From IMG/VR virus record IMGVR_UViG_2802428878_000002: 34,915 nucleotides of DNA; one strand, given 5' to 3'. This document shows, piece by piece, positions 1 to 8,932 of this stretch. The notes under the pieces are model-generated. The model ran no database searches and was not told the origin of the DNA. It saw nothing but the letters and a program-made list of their open reading frames with translations. Both the position numbers and the translations under genes were made by a program. Within the stretch, counting starts at the first letter, position 1, and each line of letters begins with the position of its first letter. This DNA is from a virus (taxonomy: Duplodnaviria > Heunggongvirae > Uroviricota > Caudoviricetes).

Positions 1-68
1 TCGCGGAGGGCGGTTTCGATTGTGGCCTGATCTTTCCAGCGGCGACTGCCGGTAATCAGAATGCGCAT
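1..68 (-). CDS. 5' fragment of a SLOG/YspA-like (DUF2493) protein, runs off the window edge
   Basis: Not in the ORF track. Manual translation from ATG at 68 (TGATG overlap with the upstream stop) gives MRILITGSRRWKDQATIETALR, which matches the typical DUF2493 N-terminus (MRILVTGSRxW). Confidence 0.65.
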   Translation of the reverse strand, partial: MRILITGSRRWKDQATIETALR

Positions 69-370
69 CAGCTCTTTCCTGCAATCGCTTTGGCCCGGAT
101 AGGCTCACCGTCGTCCGGCTCGGTCACGGCGCGACACAGCAGCTCTTTGAGCACCGAGTCTGCGACGCCATCGAGAACCATTCGCACCACGAAATCAACG
201 TCACCATGGTCGGCGCCGCAGTTCTTCTTGTGACACTCAGGAAACCGCCATTGCACATCCGCGCGGCTTAGCGCGGTCGCATAGATGGCCTGCCGAACGC
301 GTGGCCACAACGCCATATCGCCCACGAGTGGTGGAGTTTTGACCGCCCCGCTGTCGACGCCGCTGGTCAT
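68..370 (-). CDS. hypothetical protein (~100 aa)
   Basis: C-terminal part of track ORF 68..574. ATG at 370 overlaps the stop of the upstream gene (ATGA). Confidence 0.55.
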   Translation of the reverse strand: MTSGVDSGAVKTPPLVGDMALWPRVRQAIYATALSRADVQWRFPECHKKNCGADHGDVDFVVRMVLDGVADSVLKELLCRAVTEPDDGEPIRAKAIAGKS

Positions 371-717
371 GCTGTGTCCGCTGTGGATTCGCACACTCTG
401 GCCACGCGACGAAGGCCGCTGCGGGTCCGGTGTTGTATCACAACTTCGAACGTGAGAAAGAGGGTGCCGATGAAACTTGCCGCTAGTGGCGGAAGTGCCG
501 TACAGGTAAAGGCCAGAAGGCCTATTTCGAGTACAAAGATGCCCGCCTGATTGGCCGCACCGATGCGGCGCCACCGTCGATAGTCCTGAGCTCCGGCGTC
601 ATTAGCTATCTGCGAAAGCGCGAGCGTCGCGCGCTCTCGTGGTGTCAGTCGGAATAGAGAAACCGCCACCGCGCCGTCCATGAAAGGCACGAGGCGTGAC
701 CGGACGCGGACGCTCAC
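367..717 (-). CDS. small membrane protein
   Basis: Hydrophobic segment GIFVLEIGLLAFTCTALPPLAASFIGTLFLTFEVVI; translationally coupled to both neighbours. Confidence 0.55.
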   Translation of the reverse strand: MSVRVRSRLVPFMDGAVAVSLFRLTPRERATLALSQIANDAGAQDYRRWRRIGAANQAGIFVLEIGLLAFTCTALPPLAASFIGTLFLTFEVVIQHRTRSGLRRVARVCESTADTA

Positions 718-1052
718 CTGTCACCACCAGCGACCGGCTGCTTATCGTTCCAATCACAGTCGGCAGCAACGCCGTTCACATGGTTGTAGCGGGGGTCGCC
801 GTCATAGGCGTGCTCATAGCACAACACCTTCTCCTTGCCACCAGGAAGAAGCATCCAGTAGGTGCTGAACCCGCTATCGACATTGGGGGTTTTCGTCTCT
901 GGCGCCGGGGCCGGAATCGGCCTCGTCGTTGGTGTAGCAGGGCTCTCGAACCCGGGAAGCAGGGTGTCCGTACTGCACCCCACCACTGATCCAGCCACGC
1001 CACCGAAGATCAGCGATGCCGCCACGATGCGGGGGACCAGGCGGCGGGTCAC
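714..1052 (-). CDS. putative lipoprotein
   Basis: Signal peptide with lipobox VVGC. Track start is 1058; GTG at 1052 overlaps the upstream TGA (GTGA). Confidence 0.65.
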   Translation of the reverse strand: MTRRLVPRIVAASLIFGGVAGSVVGCSTDTLLPGFESPATPTTRPIPAPAPETKTPNVDSGFSTYWMLLPGGKEKVLCYEHAYDGDPRYNHVNGVAADCDWNDKQPVAGGDR

Positions 1053-1159
1053 TGGCATATCCCGGCAATCAAAACAGCAGCGATCGCCACGACGATGGCG
1101 ATAAGCACCGCTGCCGCAGGCCAGCCATGCAAGCTCTGCAATGGTGTGTTGAAGTCCAT
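1049..1159 (-). CDS. 36-aa single-pass membrane microprotein (MDFNTPLQSLHGWPAAAVLIAIVVAIAAVLIAGICQ)
   Basis: Below the track cutoff. GAGGA RBS before ATG 1159, one TM helix, fills the gap in the operon. Confidence 0.55.
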   Translation of the reverse strand: MDFNTPLQSLHGWPAAAVLIAIVVAIAAVLIAGICQ

Positions 1160-1164
1160 GTTCC

Positions 1165-1473
1165 TCAGCCCTTCTCGCTGCGTGGTTCGGACCCCAGACT
1201 CAGCAGCGAGGTGAGGTTGAGATCGCGCTGAATGTTCCCGCCCGTCACGGTGTCGACGACGAGCAAGGTCCCGGTCACGATGATGGCGATCAGGGCGACG
1301 TGCAGGAGCTTTCTCACGATGCCGCTGACAGCGGTGACCACGGCGACAACAACGGCCACCGACGCGGTCGGCCAGTGATTCATGCCAGGCACAAGGGTTG
1401 TAGCGGTACCGCCGACACCCGTCGTCAACGCTCCCGCCAACGCCATGCGGCGAAAAGCTGCCGTTCTGAACAT
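1165..1473 (-). CDS. membrane protein, 2-3 TM helices
   Basis: Hydrophobic ORF; AGGTGG RBS before ATG 1473 (track start 1482); first gene downstream of the operator at 1493. Confidence 0.6.
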   Translation of the reverse strand: MFRTAAFRRMALAGALTTGVGGTATTLVPGMNHWPTASVAVVVAVVTAVSGIVRKLLHVALIAIIVTGTLLVVDTVTGGNIQRDLNLTSLLSLGSEPRSEKG

Positions 1474-1492
1474 GACTACCACCTATTCCAAT

Positions 1493-1509
1493 TTCTCTAA
1501 AATGGAGAA
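1493..1509. promoter_or_regulatory. palindromic operator copy 1 (TTCTCTAAAATGGAGAA)
   Basis: TTCTC-N7-GAGAA inverted repeat seen four times in the window, always just upstream of a start codon. Confidence 0.7.
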
Positions 1510-1513
1510 TAGA

Positions 1514-1813
1514 TCAGTTGCGTTGCGTAGACAACACTCGGCGCGCGACACGCGCAAACATGGCGGGACACGTTGCCCCCTCCCCTCTCGTCGACTCCCG
1601 AGAGCCGCCGGTCACGTCCCCGACAAGTTGCCTGGCTCGCGTTCGAAGCTCATGGGCCTCAGCATGTTTCCCCATCCCCTCCAACTTCTTGGCACGGGTC
1701 AGGAAGACATCCGCAGCGATTCGATCGGGGGTTCTCGCAGCAGGGTCGACAGTGCGCTTCACAGCGGCAACACCTTTCCGCCCGCGCGATTTGAGGCCGG
1801 GCAATGGGGACAC
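1514..1813 (-). CDS. hypothetical basic protein
   Basis: Track ORF co-oriented with neighbours; no family recognised. Confidence 0.4.
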   Translation of the reverse strand: MSPLPGLKSRGRKGVAAVKRTVDPAARTPDRIAADVFLTRAKKLEGMGKHAEAHELRTRARQLVGDVTGGSRESTRGEGATCPAMFARVARRVLSTQRN

Positions 1814-1881
1814 AGACCTATGACATGAACAAGGCCGGAGACGGGGGCGCTTCCTGCACCCGCCTCCGGCCTTCCGGTAGC

Positions 1882-2448
1882 TCAGTCGAACAGGTTTCTC
1901 ATGTCCCCGATCACTTCGGAGTCGAAGGGATTGGCACCCGCCTTGGCATATTTCTCAGCAGCTGCAGCCCTTTCAGAGTCCGCCTTCGCGGTGTACCGGC
2001 GCGCCGCTTCTGCGTTGGTGCGCTCTTCCTCCTGCAGCGCGGCTTCGCTGGCGGTCGTGGGGATTTCGAACTCAACATGGGCATCGACTCGTTCTCCGAA
2101 AAATCCCTCGGCCAACGCGGACAGTCGCGGGTCGTCCGGTTCAGCGTCGGTGAGATAGGCGATCACCGTGGAGAACACCATCGGTGTCTGATTCACGCCG
2201 CTCTCGTCGGGCTCAATCTCCTGCATGATGCGGATGCGGCCATGCGTGATCGTTGGGCGAATACCGATTCCAAGACGGTCCAGCTCATCGCGTACGTCAG
2301 CTGCGAGCTCATCAGTTTGTTTGGCGAGGTCGTACTCGTGAGCGCGCAGGATGTCGAACAGCGCAGCTGTGAAGTACACCGCCAACGTCGGGGCTCCCGT
2401 ATCGGCATTGATCGGCCGGAGGTAGGTAGTGCTATCGAGGGCAGTCAT
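1882..2448 (-). CDS. hypothetical protein
   Basis: 188 aa, natural composition, helical C-terminus, AAAGG RBS upstream. Confidence 0.65.
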   Translation of the reverse strand: MTALDSTTYLRPINADTGAPTLAVYFTAALFDILRAHEYDLAKQTDELAADVRDELDRLGIGIRPTITHGRIRIMQEIEPDESGVNQTPMVFSTVIAYLTDAEPDDPRLSALAEGFFGERVDAHVEFEIPTTASEAALQEEERTNAEAARRYTAKADSERAAAAEKYAKAGANPFDSEVIGDMRNLFD

Positions 2449-2599
2449 GATTCAAAGTGCCTTTCATTGGCAGTGATATTCATGCGAGATGCTAGGTCTA
2501 ATGCGTGGTGCATGCAGAGCGCAACACCTATGACGACAGAAGACCCGCACCCAGTTGCGAGTGCGGGTCTTCATATGCCGTCACACAGCGGTTCGCCGA

Positions 2600-3238
2600 T
2601 TAGGCGGCGGACGTCGTCCACCACTGGAATTGGCTGATGGCGGCTTCACGAAGGAAGCCGATCACCTGCTCGACGCTGTATCCAACGGCGGCGTATCCCG
2701 AGTTCTGATCGTCCAGCGCTCGCAGAACCTTCGCGTCGTTGTCATTGTTGGTAGGGACCTTGATCGCGACACCGGTAACCGCCTGTTCGCCGCGCTGGAA
2801 GCAGGTCACCAGTTCATTGCGGATGTTCTTCTGCATGATCGTGATGTTCTTGGCCTCCGTGAACTGACCGGTGGCCGGATCAAGCACGATGTAGTCGACG
2901 GTCGGAGCCATGACCTGCTCCTTCTCGTACTTGCTGGTGCGCTGAGCGATGCCCAGAAGCCGGAAAAGGATCGGCTTGTTGAAGTGCTCTTCCGGAATTC
3001 CGCCTCCGCCACTATTCGGGATAACGCCGATGTTGGGTGCGACAGAACTGACGCCCGCGTAACCCGCCGGCAGACCGACAGGAGCGGCGGTCGGCACGGC
3101 TGCAGCTGCCACAGGCGCCGCAGCGACGGGGGCAGCGGCCGGTGCTGGAGCTGCGGCCACCGGAGCGGCTGCCACTGGAGCGGGGGCTGCTGGAGCGGCT
3201 GCCACAGGAACAGCGGCAGGAGCGATAGGAGCGGTCAT
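2600..3238 (-). CDS. Ala/Pro-rich N-terminus plus putative OB-fold/ssDNA-binding-like domain
   Basis: AAAGAGG RBS before ATG 3238 (track start 3301). The core ILFRLL...DYIVLD...ITIMQKNIRNEL resembles a phage-type SSB pattern from memory. The gene is well supported, the function is tentative. Confidence 0.6.
   Translation of the reverse strand: MTAPIAPAAVPVAAAPAAPAPVAAAPVAAAPAPAAAPVAAAPVAAAAVPTAAPVGLPAGYAGVSSVAPNIGVIPNSGGGGIPEEHFNKPILFRLLGIAQRTSKYEKEQVMAPTVDYIVLDPATGQFTEAKNITIMQKNIRNELVTCFQRGEQAVTGVAIKVPTNNDNDAKVLRALDDQNSGYAAVGYSVEQVIGFLREAAISQFQWWTTSAA
3078..3232 (-). repeat. coding low-complexity repeat (PVAAA/PAAAP units)
   Basis: Translation TAPIAPAAVPVAAAPAAPAPVAAAPVAAAPAPAAAPVAAAPVAAAAVPTAAPV. 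Confidence 0.7.
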
Positions 3239-3636
3239 GGTAGTGCCTCTTTTCTGGTGCTGTTGAGTTGCTGTTGCTGATCTATGCCGGTGTGGATGCA
3301 TCGTCGACGGGCTTCCCTACCTGTCGAAGATGCATGCATCCGTGCCGACTGCCTAACTATTTACACCCCGTGACCGACAAGCAACTGAGACGGCAAATGC
3401 CGGTTTTCTCGGCGTGTCGCGGCTTCAGTAATGCCCCTTACACCGCGCGAAGACCGCTGTGATTTAGGGATCGTTGACGTAACGCACGCGGTGGTCATCG
3501 GCCTGGCTGTGCGCCGTTTCAGGATCAGACAAAGTCAGCTCGTGCAACTGGTGAAGCTTCTGCAGCCGTTGCGGTTTGGTCGCAGGTGTGCGCCGTCTAT
3601 GCGCATCGGCGACCGTGGCCTTGCTCGGCGCAGCAC

Positions 3637-4290
3637 CTACACCAGGAATCGGTATACGTGCCCTGGCCGGCCGGTTGGCGCTGGCTTACGTAGCTCCTCG
3701 GTTCGGCGGTATAGCGGTGAGCGGTCCAGCCGCTTACGGGCTGCGCCCGCGGTTGTCGGGCCGCAGACACCGAGCAGCGCGCGAACTTGGGCGAGGGTGG
3801 TCTCGTCGCCGAGCATGGCGCGTGTGGTGTCCGGGTCGACCAACAGGCGCTCCCCCAGGCGCAAGATGGCCGACCGTGCGATCGCCGTGTGGCCGAATGG
3901 CATTGCCTCCGGCATCTGGGTCACTGGCACAGCGCCCCTGACCTCGGCGGGGACACGGGCCACCACGACGATAGATACGGTGTGTCCGCGTTCGTCGCGG
4001 TCCGGGTCGCTGACGACGTCGACGACAGCGATGCCGCCGGTCACCTCAGTGCCGGCTTTGTCTCGCACGATGCGCTGCGCGCACTGCTCGACGGTCTCCC
4101 CCTCCCAGGCGGCCAGCAGCCCACCAGGCAACGTGATTTCACCTTTGTGCGGTGCACCGGCACGTTCGATCAACACGATCTTCGGCTCAGGGTCATCGGT
4201 GAGTGCAACGACGTCCACGCTGAGCCAGGTGCCGTGCACCGGATGATCTCCTGCGCGTACGGCCAGGTTCGATTCGGTCATCGATCTCAT
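3637..4290 (-). CDS. nrtR: NrtR-family Nudix-related transcriptional regulator (Nudix + winged HTH)
   Basis: SVDVVAL...VLIER...LPGG...ET...AxRIVRDKAG degenerate Nudix box, SDPDRDERGHTVSIV motif, C-terminal TGRPGHVYRF wing; adjacent to NAMPT. Confidence 0.8.
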   Translation of the reverse strand: MRSMTESNLAVRAGDHPVHGTWLSVDVVALTDDPEPKIVLIERAGAPHKGEITLPGGLLAAWEGETVEQCAQRIVRDKAGTEVTGGIAVVDVVSDPDRDERGHTVSIVVVARVPAEVRGAVPVTQMPEAMPFGHTAIARSAILRLGERLLVDPDTTRAMLGDETTLAQVRALLGVCGPTTAGAARKRLDRSPLYRRTEELRKPAPTGRPGHVYRFLV

Positions 4291-5810
4291 GGCTGCTGCC
4301 TCCTCGAGTGGCTGTAACGCTGATAGACACCGGTCTCACGGGTCAACGTTTCGCGCACTTCGGTGAAGCTGTATTGCCGCAACAGCTTTCCATCCTCGAA
4401 CACCAGCTTCAGTTCGTTGTCGGCTTCCTGATCGGCATCGGCGTGTTCGATCAGGTACGGCTCGCCGCTCATCGCGCGTCGCACCGCCAATCGTCCGGTA
4501 GCCGACTTCTTGGATCCGTCATCGGTGACCGGGTCTTTGAGGATGTCGTGGCCGACACCGTCGATCTGAACCCATGTCGCCTTGACGGCCAGCTTGAAAA
4601 CGTCGCGTGTTTGGTATTGGTAGGTGTAGGAACCGAAGCCGAAAACCACAGTGGTGGAGGCATAGCCCTGCACCATCAGGTTCCGCGTGATCGCGTCAGC
4701 GCGCTCAAAGGTGATCGAATCCCCATAGATCGCGCCGATGTGAGGCTCCAGCTCGCGGTACCCCTTGGCGTTGGTCACGGTGCCGAACGTCTCGGCTAGC
4801 AGGTTCACCACGCCCTTGCGAGCCGGACTACCTTCGGGCGCAGCTGGATCTCCGCACAGGATCAGCTCAGGGTCACCGCTGTCGGGCCGGATCACGAGCT
4901 TGCCGTCGCGGGCCATGATCTGTTCCTTGCGCGCGGGCAGGTACTCGGTGAGCACCCGCCACAGATCCCAGGTGTCGGAGACGACCGACAGGATTCCTTC
5001 GGGATACAGGCTCAGCAGCCGATCGAAGGTCGCCAGCTCGCCGTCCTGTCCGCCGGCACACATCACCGAGTGCTCGGTCGCCGGAACCGATGCGCCGATC
5101 AACGCTTCGCCGTTGCCGGGATAGAACCGTTCGATGAACCGGATCGCGGGCAATCCGTCGGTGCCCGTGAAGCTGATCAGGTGGCCCGCACCTGATGCGG
5201 CCGCCGCTGCGTCTCCAGCCATGCCCCGGTAGGAGAAGTCATGGCCCTGGAACTGCACCGCGGTTTCATCGCCAGACTCAGCAGCGCGCTCGTCGAGCAG
5301 CTTGCGGTTGTTCCAGGCGATGGTGGCACTGGTGATCGGCTGCCACAGCTCAGCCGACAACTGCGTCTCGAAGTAGTTGGTCAGCCAGAAGAACCGGGAA
5401 TCGGTGTTCTCCACGGTTAGATACGGAACCCGCAAAGGTACTAGCGATCCTTCCCGCACCGCCCGCACACGCAGTGGCAGGTAGCCCAACGTGTGTAGGT
5501 CGCGGAAGTGCTGAACGCCAACCGTGTTCGGTCCCAACAGCGCGGTCACAAACCGCTCATATCCGGCCAGCACCGGTTCGAGTTCGTCGGCCGTCAGGTC
5601 GAAGAACACCTGCCAGTCTTGTGTCAGCCGTTGCAGATACGCCTGCAGCCCGAAGAAGACCGTCGCATTGATACCTGGCACCCGTGTACCCCGCGCGGTG
5701 AGGTTGGAGTACACGAACTCGGTTCCGTCCGGGTACTGGCGCCGGTGGTCGAGCTTATAGGCATCGGTGGCCAGCAGCGTGTCCAGCGCACGGTTCTGCT
5801 TGTCGTTCAT
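4287..5810 (-). CDS. nadV: nicotinamide phosphoribosyltransferase family (NadV/NAMPT; could be Namat-type)
   Basis: Motifs TDAYKLDH, HDFSYRG, VPATEHS, SVVSDTWD, RPDSGDP, IYGDSIT. Confidence 0.92.
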   Translation of the reverse strand: MNDKQNRALDTLLATDAYKLDHRRQYPDGTEFVYSNLTARGTRVPGINATVFFGLQAYLQRLTQDWQVFFDLTADELEPVLAGYERFVTALLGPNTVGVQHFRDLHTLGYLPLRVRAVREGSLVPLRVPYLTVENTDSRFFWLTNYFETQLSAELWQPITSATIAWNNRKLLDERAAESGDETAVQFQGHDFSYRGMAGDAAAAASGAGHLISFTGTDGLPAIRFIERFYPGNGEALIGASVPATEHSVMCAGGQDGELATFDRLLSLYPEGILSVVSDTWDLWRVLTEYLPARKEQIMARDGKLVIRPDSGDPELILCGDPAAPEGSPARKGVVNLLAETFGTVTNAKGYRELEPHIGAIYGDSITFERADAITRNLMVQGYASTTVVFGFGSYTYQYQTRDVFKLAVKATWVQIDGVGHDILKDPVTDDGSKKSATGRLAVRRAMSGEPYLIEHADADQEADNELKLVFEDGKLLRQYSFTEVRETLTRETGVYQRYSHSRRQQP

Positions 5811-5856
5811 CGGTTCCCCTGTGTGTTGGTGTTGTCGGCGGTCCTGGCCTGCGTGT

Positions 5857-6267
5857 TCATCGTTCGTCCTCTGCTATCCATTGACGGGCGATCTCGCAGA
5901 GCGCGATCCACACGGCGTCTTTCACACGCTCTTCCCAGCCCAGTTCGTTGAACAGAACCATGTCCGGATGTGTCTTCGCAGCTACATCGCGCACAGGGCC
6001 GTATGTCCACCCCAGCTGCTCGTACGCATGCCACCAACTGTCGTGCGCCTGTTCAGGCGTCGTATACCGGTCGGGGCCCATCATCTTCTCGGTGATTTCC
6101 AGGAACTGCGCCCGGAAATGCTCCTCGCGCGCCGACCAGGGCTCCGGTACGACGGGCGCATTCACCGCGGCGGCCTGTAGCCGCGCGGCCTCGTAGACGA
6201 AGATGGCTTGTCGCTCAAGCAGAGTGCCGTTGGTCGGCCATTCGATGGCAGCAAAATTCTGAGTCAT
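5857..6267 (-). CDS. RyR-repeat domain protein
   Basis: HDSWW...[24 protein letters not shown]...ERVKD matches the RyR repeat signature (HxxW...GWxYG..D...K.HP.LV.Y..L....K.KD). Confidence 0.75.
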   Translation of the reverse strand: MTQNFAAIEWPTNGTLLERQAIFVYEAARLQAAAVNAPVVPEPWSAREEHFRAQFLEITEKMMGPDRYTTPEQAHDSWWHAYEQLGWTYGPVRDVAAKTHPDMVLFNELGWEERVKDAVWIALCEIARQWIAEDER

Positions 6268-7151
6268 TTCGGTTCCTCGCTGATGTTGTGCAGGACGTCG
6301 AGCACGTAGCGGCCAAGTGGGTGGATCTGTACCGCCGCGCCCTCAGGTGATGTCACGGCGGCCGCTACTGCCGAGCGCAGCGAGTCGGTGGTGTGGATGC
6401 TCCGGTAGTTGTCAGTCAAGACATCGGTGCCCTTGGTGAACCCGCCGTGGGTGATCCACAGATCAAGCTCGAACCCGGCACCCAGTCCCTGAGCCAGCAG
6501 CGCGAACGTTCCACCGCCGTCGCAGATGTCATCGACCACCAAGTACCGGCCCGGTCGATCCCTCACCTCAGCGGGGGCGTTGTAGCCCAGAAGTTGTCCG
6601 GTGGCGGGATCGCGCTTCTTGTCGGCCACCGACACCGGCAGCTCTAGCTGCGCGGCGACTGTGCTCGCGCGCCGCAGCGAGCCGGCATCCGGACCGATCA
6701 CCCCGAGGTAGTCGCCAGCGTCAACCGCCGCAGCCACAACCTCGGCCAAGGAGATCATGTGAACGGAAACAGTGGGGTTGACGGCGCGCAGCGTGTCCAG
6801 CCACACCGGCGAGTGCGGGTCGATGGTGACGATCCCGGTGATTCCTGATAACGCGGCCAGGCGCGCGTTGGTGTGCGCCGGGCAGGGCGTGTCTTTGTCG
6901 CCGCGGGCGCTGGGCAGGAACGGCATCACCAAGATTCGGTGCGGGTACTGCGCCGTCAACGCCGCCCAGTTGAACACGACCGTCCAGTCCGGCGCCGCGG
7001 TGTGCACCCAGAGCACCTGCACACCCGGGACGAGATCTGCCCCATCGATGGAGCGCACCGTCAGATCACCCATCGGGTAGGCGAATATCTCTATCGCGGC
7101 CGCTTTGAGCTGTCCCCCGTCGTAGGCGAAGAACTCGTAGTCGTTCGTCAT
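6264..7151 (-). CDS. prs: ribose-phosphate pyrophosphokinase-like protein (Prs; could be Adps-type)
   Basis: [31 protein letters not shown] and PRPP-binding loop [13 protein letters not shown]. Confidence 0.85.
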   Translation of the reverse strand: MTNDYEFFAYDGGQLKAAAIEIFAYPMGDLTVRSIDGADLVPGVQVLWVHTAAPDWTVVFNWAALTAQYPHRILVMPFLPSARGDKDTPCPAHTNARLAALSGITGIVTIDPHSPVWLDTLRAVNPTVSVHMISLAEVVAAAVDAGDYLGVIGPDAGSLRRASTVAAQLELPVSVADKKRDPATGQLLGYNAPAEVRDRPGRYLVVDDICDGGGTFALLAQGLGAGFELDLWITHGGFTKGTDVLTDNYRSIHTTDSLRSAVAAAVTSPEGAAVQIHPLGRYVLDVLHNISEEPK

Positions 7152-7159
7152 AGCAGAAA

Positions 7160-7202
7160 CCCTACACCACTTTCGTACAGTTTGTACGTAAGTGGTGTAG
7201 GG
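7160..7202. promoter_or_regulatory. 43-bp inverted repeat overlapping a leaderless-type -10 (TAGGGT, minus strand 7164-7159) of the prs-like gene
   Basis: CCCTACACCACTT/AAGTGGTGTAGGG arms plus inner CGTACA/TGTACG; 7 nt between the -10 hexamer and ATG 7151. Confidence 0.6.
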
Positions 7203-7211
7203 CTCGGACGA

Positions 7212-7658
7212 TCAGCCGAACAGAACCAGCGTCACAGCGACCGGCGAAGCCTCTGCGACCTCCCGAATAATCCGCTCGGCCACCCCAGGGTCGAGTCCTC
7301 CGATGCCGCCGCCGATCAGCGGCAGCGCCACGGAGCTGATCCCGTGCTCAACGGCAAGGCTCAGGCCCACGGCCACCGACGATCGCACCCACTCCTCGCG
7401 GGCGTCGGGGCCCGGGTAGTACTGGCTGGCGCAGTGGATGATGGGCCGGTCGCCCGGGCCACCGGGGCAGATCATGGCCCCACCCGGTTGCAGGTCGCCG
7501 CGCCGCGCGATCACCTCGTATTGATAGATCGCGTTTGGATAGCGCTGTTTCATGATCGCGGCCACACCCGCCCCCGCGACACCTTGGCAGTTCACTCCAT
7601 GAGCCAGCGCCTCCGCAGGGTGGACGAACAGGTCGCCGGTCTCAACAGTGAAGCTCAC
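7212..7658 (-). CDS. macrodomain protein (TARG1/DarG-like ADP-ribose hydrolase)
   Basis: GDLF...ALAHGVNCQGVAGAGVA...VALPLIGGGIGGL; GAAGGAGG RBS before GTG 7658 (track start 7694). Confidence 0.88.
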   Translation of the reverse strand: MSFTVETGDLFVHPAEALAHGVNCQGVAGAGVAAIMKQRYPNAIYQYEVIARRGDLQPGGAMICPGGPGDRPIIHCASQYYPGPDAREEWVRSSVAVGLSLAVEHGISSVALPLIGGGIGGLDPGVAERIIREVAEASPVAVTLVLFG

Positions 7659-7703
7659 CAGGGCCTCCTTCGACAGAGGGACGTGACGTGACATTCAACC
7701 TGA

Positions 7704-8495
7704 TCATGCGGCATCGTGGTCCTCATCGTCCTCTTCATCCATTCCGAGGGAGACGGCTACGGGGACTTCCGGGTCGTCAACGTCCAGATCCGGGTGATAC
7801 GTGTGCGCAGACAGCACCGCTCGAAACACCCCGGCACACGTGAGAGTGACAATCGATGCTGGGTGCTCTCGCGTGTACAGCTCGACGGGTTCCTTGAATA
7901 CCGCGGCGATGGCGCTCATCTTCTTGATCACATCCGAGCCGAACGCCTGGACCTTGCCGACCTTCAGCGGTGCCGTCGTCTGGTCGTCACCAAGACCGCG
8001 CGTGCTCAGAATTTCCTTGGCGCCGCGGGCCGACAGTCGAGAGATCGTCGATGCGATCGGGAAGTCGTCGACGTCTTGCAACGGGATGTAGTGCCGCGAG
8101 TCCGCTTCTCCTGGGGCTCCGTCGGTGAGTGTGCGCATGAGCAGCGTGGAGCCGTTATCGACGACCGACAACTCGACATCACACTGGGATTCCTTGTCGA
8201 TCTTCTTGACGGCCGACGCCGCGTTCTTGGCTGCCGACAGCAACTGGGAAGCCTGATCGGTCGAGAACTTCACCAGAGGCAGCGTTCCGTCACAGCCGAA
8301 GATCGCTTGGCCCGGACTGTTTCCGTCCGAGGCGATGAACGCCAAGCTGTTCTGCGTCCCAACTTCGCCGGTCTCGACGCGCGTGGAGCCCAGTACGACA
8401 GCGGCATGCGTGGGGTCATCGTTGCCGGCATACGCCATAACCTTGGCTGCTGAGAGTCCTTGCACGAAAAGTTGGTTGTCGATAACAACGGTCAT
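7704..8495 (-). CDS. hypothetical protein, possibly sliding-clamp (beta)-like
   Basis: GAAAGGA RBS and acidic tail. The N-terminal pattern (AYAGNDD...LAFIASDG) is loosely clamp-like. The gene is well supported, the function is weak. Confidence 0.6.
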   Translation of the reverse strand: MTVVIDNQLFVQGLSAAKVMAYAGNDDPTHAAVVLGSTRVETGEVGTQNSLAFIASDGNSPGQAIFGCDGTLPLVKFSTDQASQLLSAAKNAASAVKKIDKESQCDVELSVVDNGSTLLMRTLTDGAPGEADSRHYIPLQDVDDFPIASTISRLSARGAKEILSTRGLGDDQTTAPLKVGKVQAFGSDVIKKMSAIAAVFKEPVELYTREHPASIVTLTCAGVFRAVLSAHTYHPDLDVDDPEVPVAVSLGMDEEDDEDHDAA

Positions 8496-8644
8496 GTCCC
8501 GTCGTCCTTTCCACTGATTGAAACGGCGCCTGGTGGTTCACGCGTTGTATCCGCGCTAGATGAAGCGAGCCGCAATCTAGGGCTGATCGACCGACGATCC
8601 AGACAGCGGCGCGTTGCCGGAAATGCCTGAGAGCACACCCACGA

Positions 8645-8932
8645 TCAAGCATCGCTCAAATCGCCCCTATCAATTGCCCCGCTGACCGGTTTGATCAGCA
8701 GATCCGATCCAATGCGGATCCGGGTCGTGGAGTTGTCGCCAACGCGTGTGCGTACGCGCAAGACTGCCGTTGCCCCGGATTCGCTCAATGTCACGCTCAG
8801 AGGTGCGCTCAGTGAGTCGATCAGCACCTCGCTCACACGACCAGTCAGAACCCCACTCAAATCTGCAGTCAATGTTGCGATACGGGTTAAACCGCCACGG
8901 CGGAACAGCTTTTCGCGATTCTGCACGATCAA
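8645..8932 (-). CDS. hypothetical protein
   Basis: Track ORF co-oriented with the downstream genes; no family recognised. Confidence 0.35.
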   Translation of the reverse strand: MIVQNREKLFRRGGLTRIATLTADLSGVLTGRVSEVLIDSLSAPLSVTLSESGATAVLRVRTRVGDNSTTRIRIGSDLLIKPVSGAIDRGDLSDA

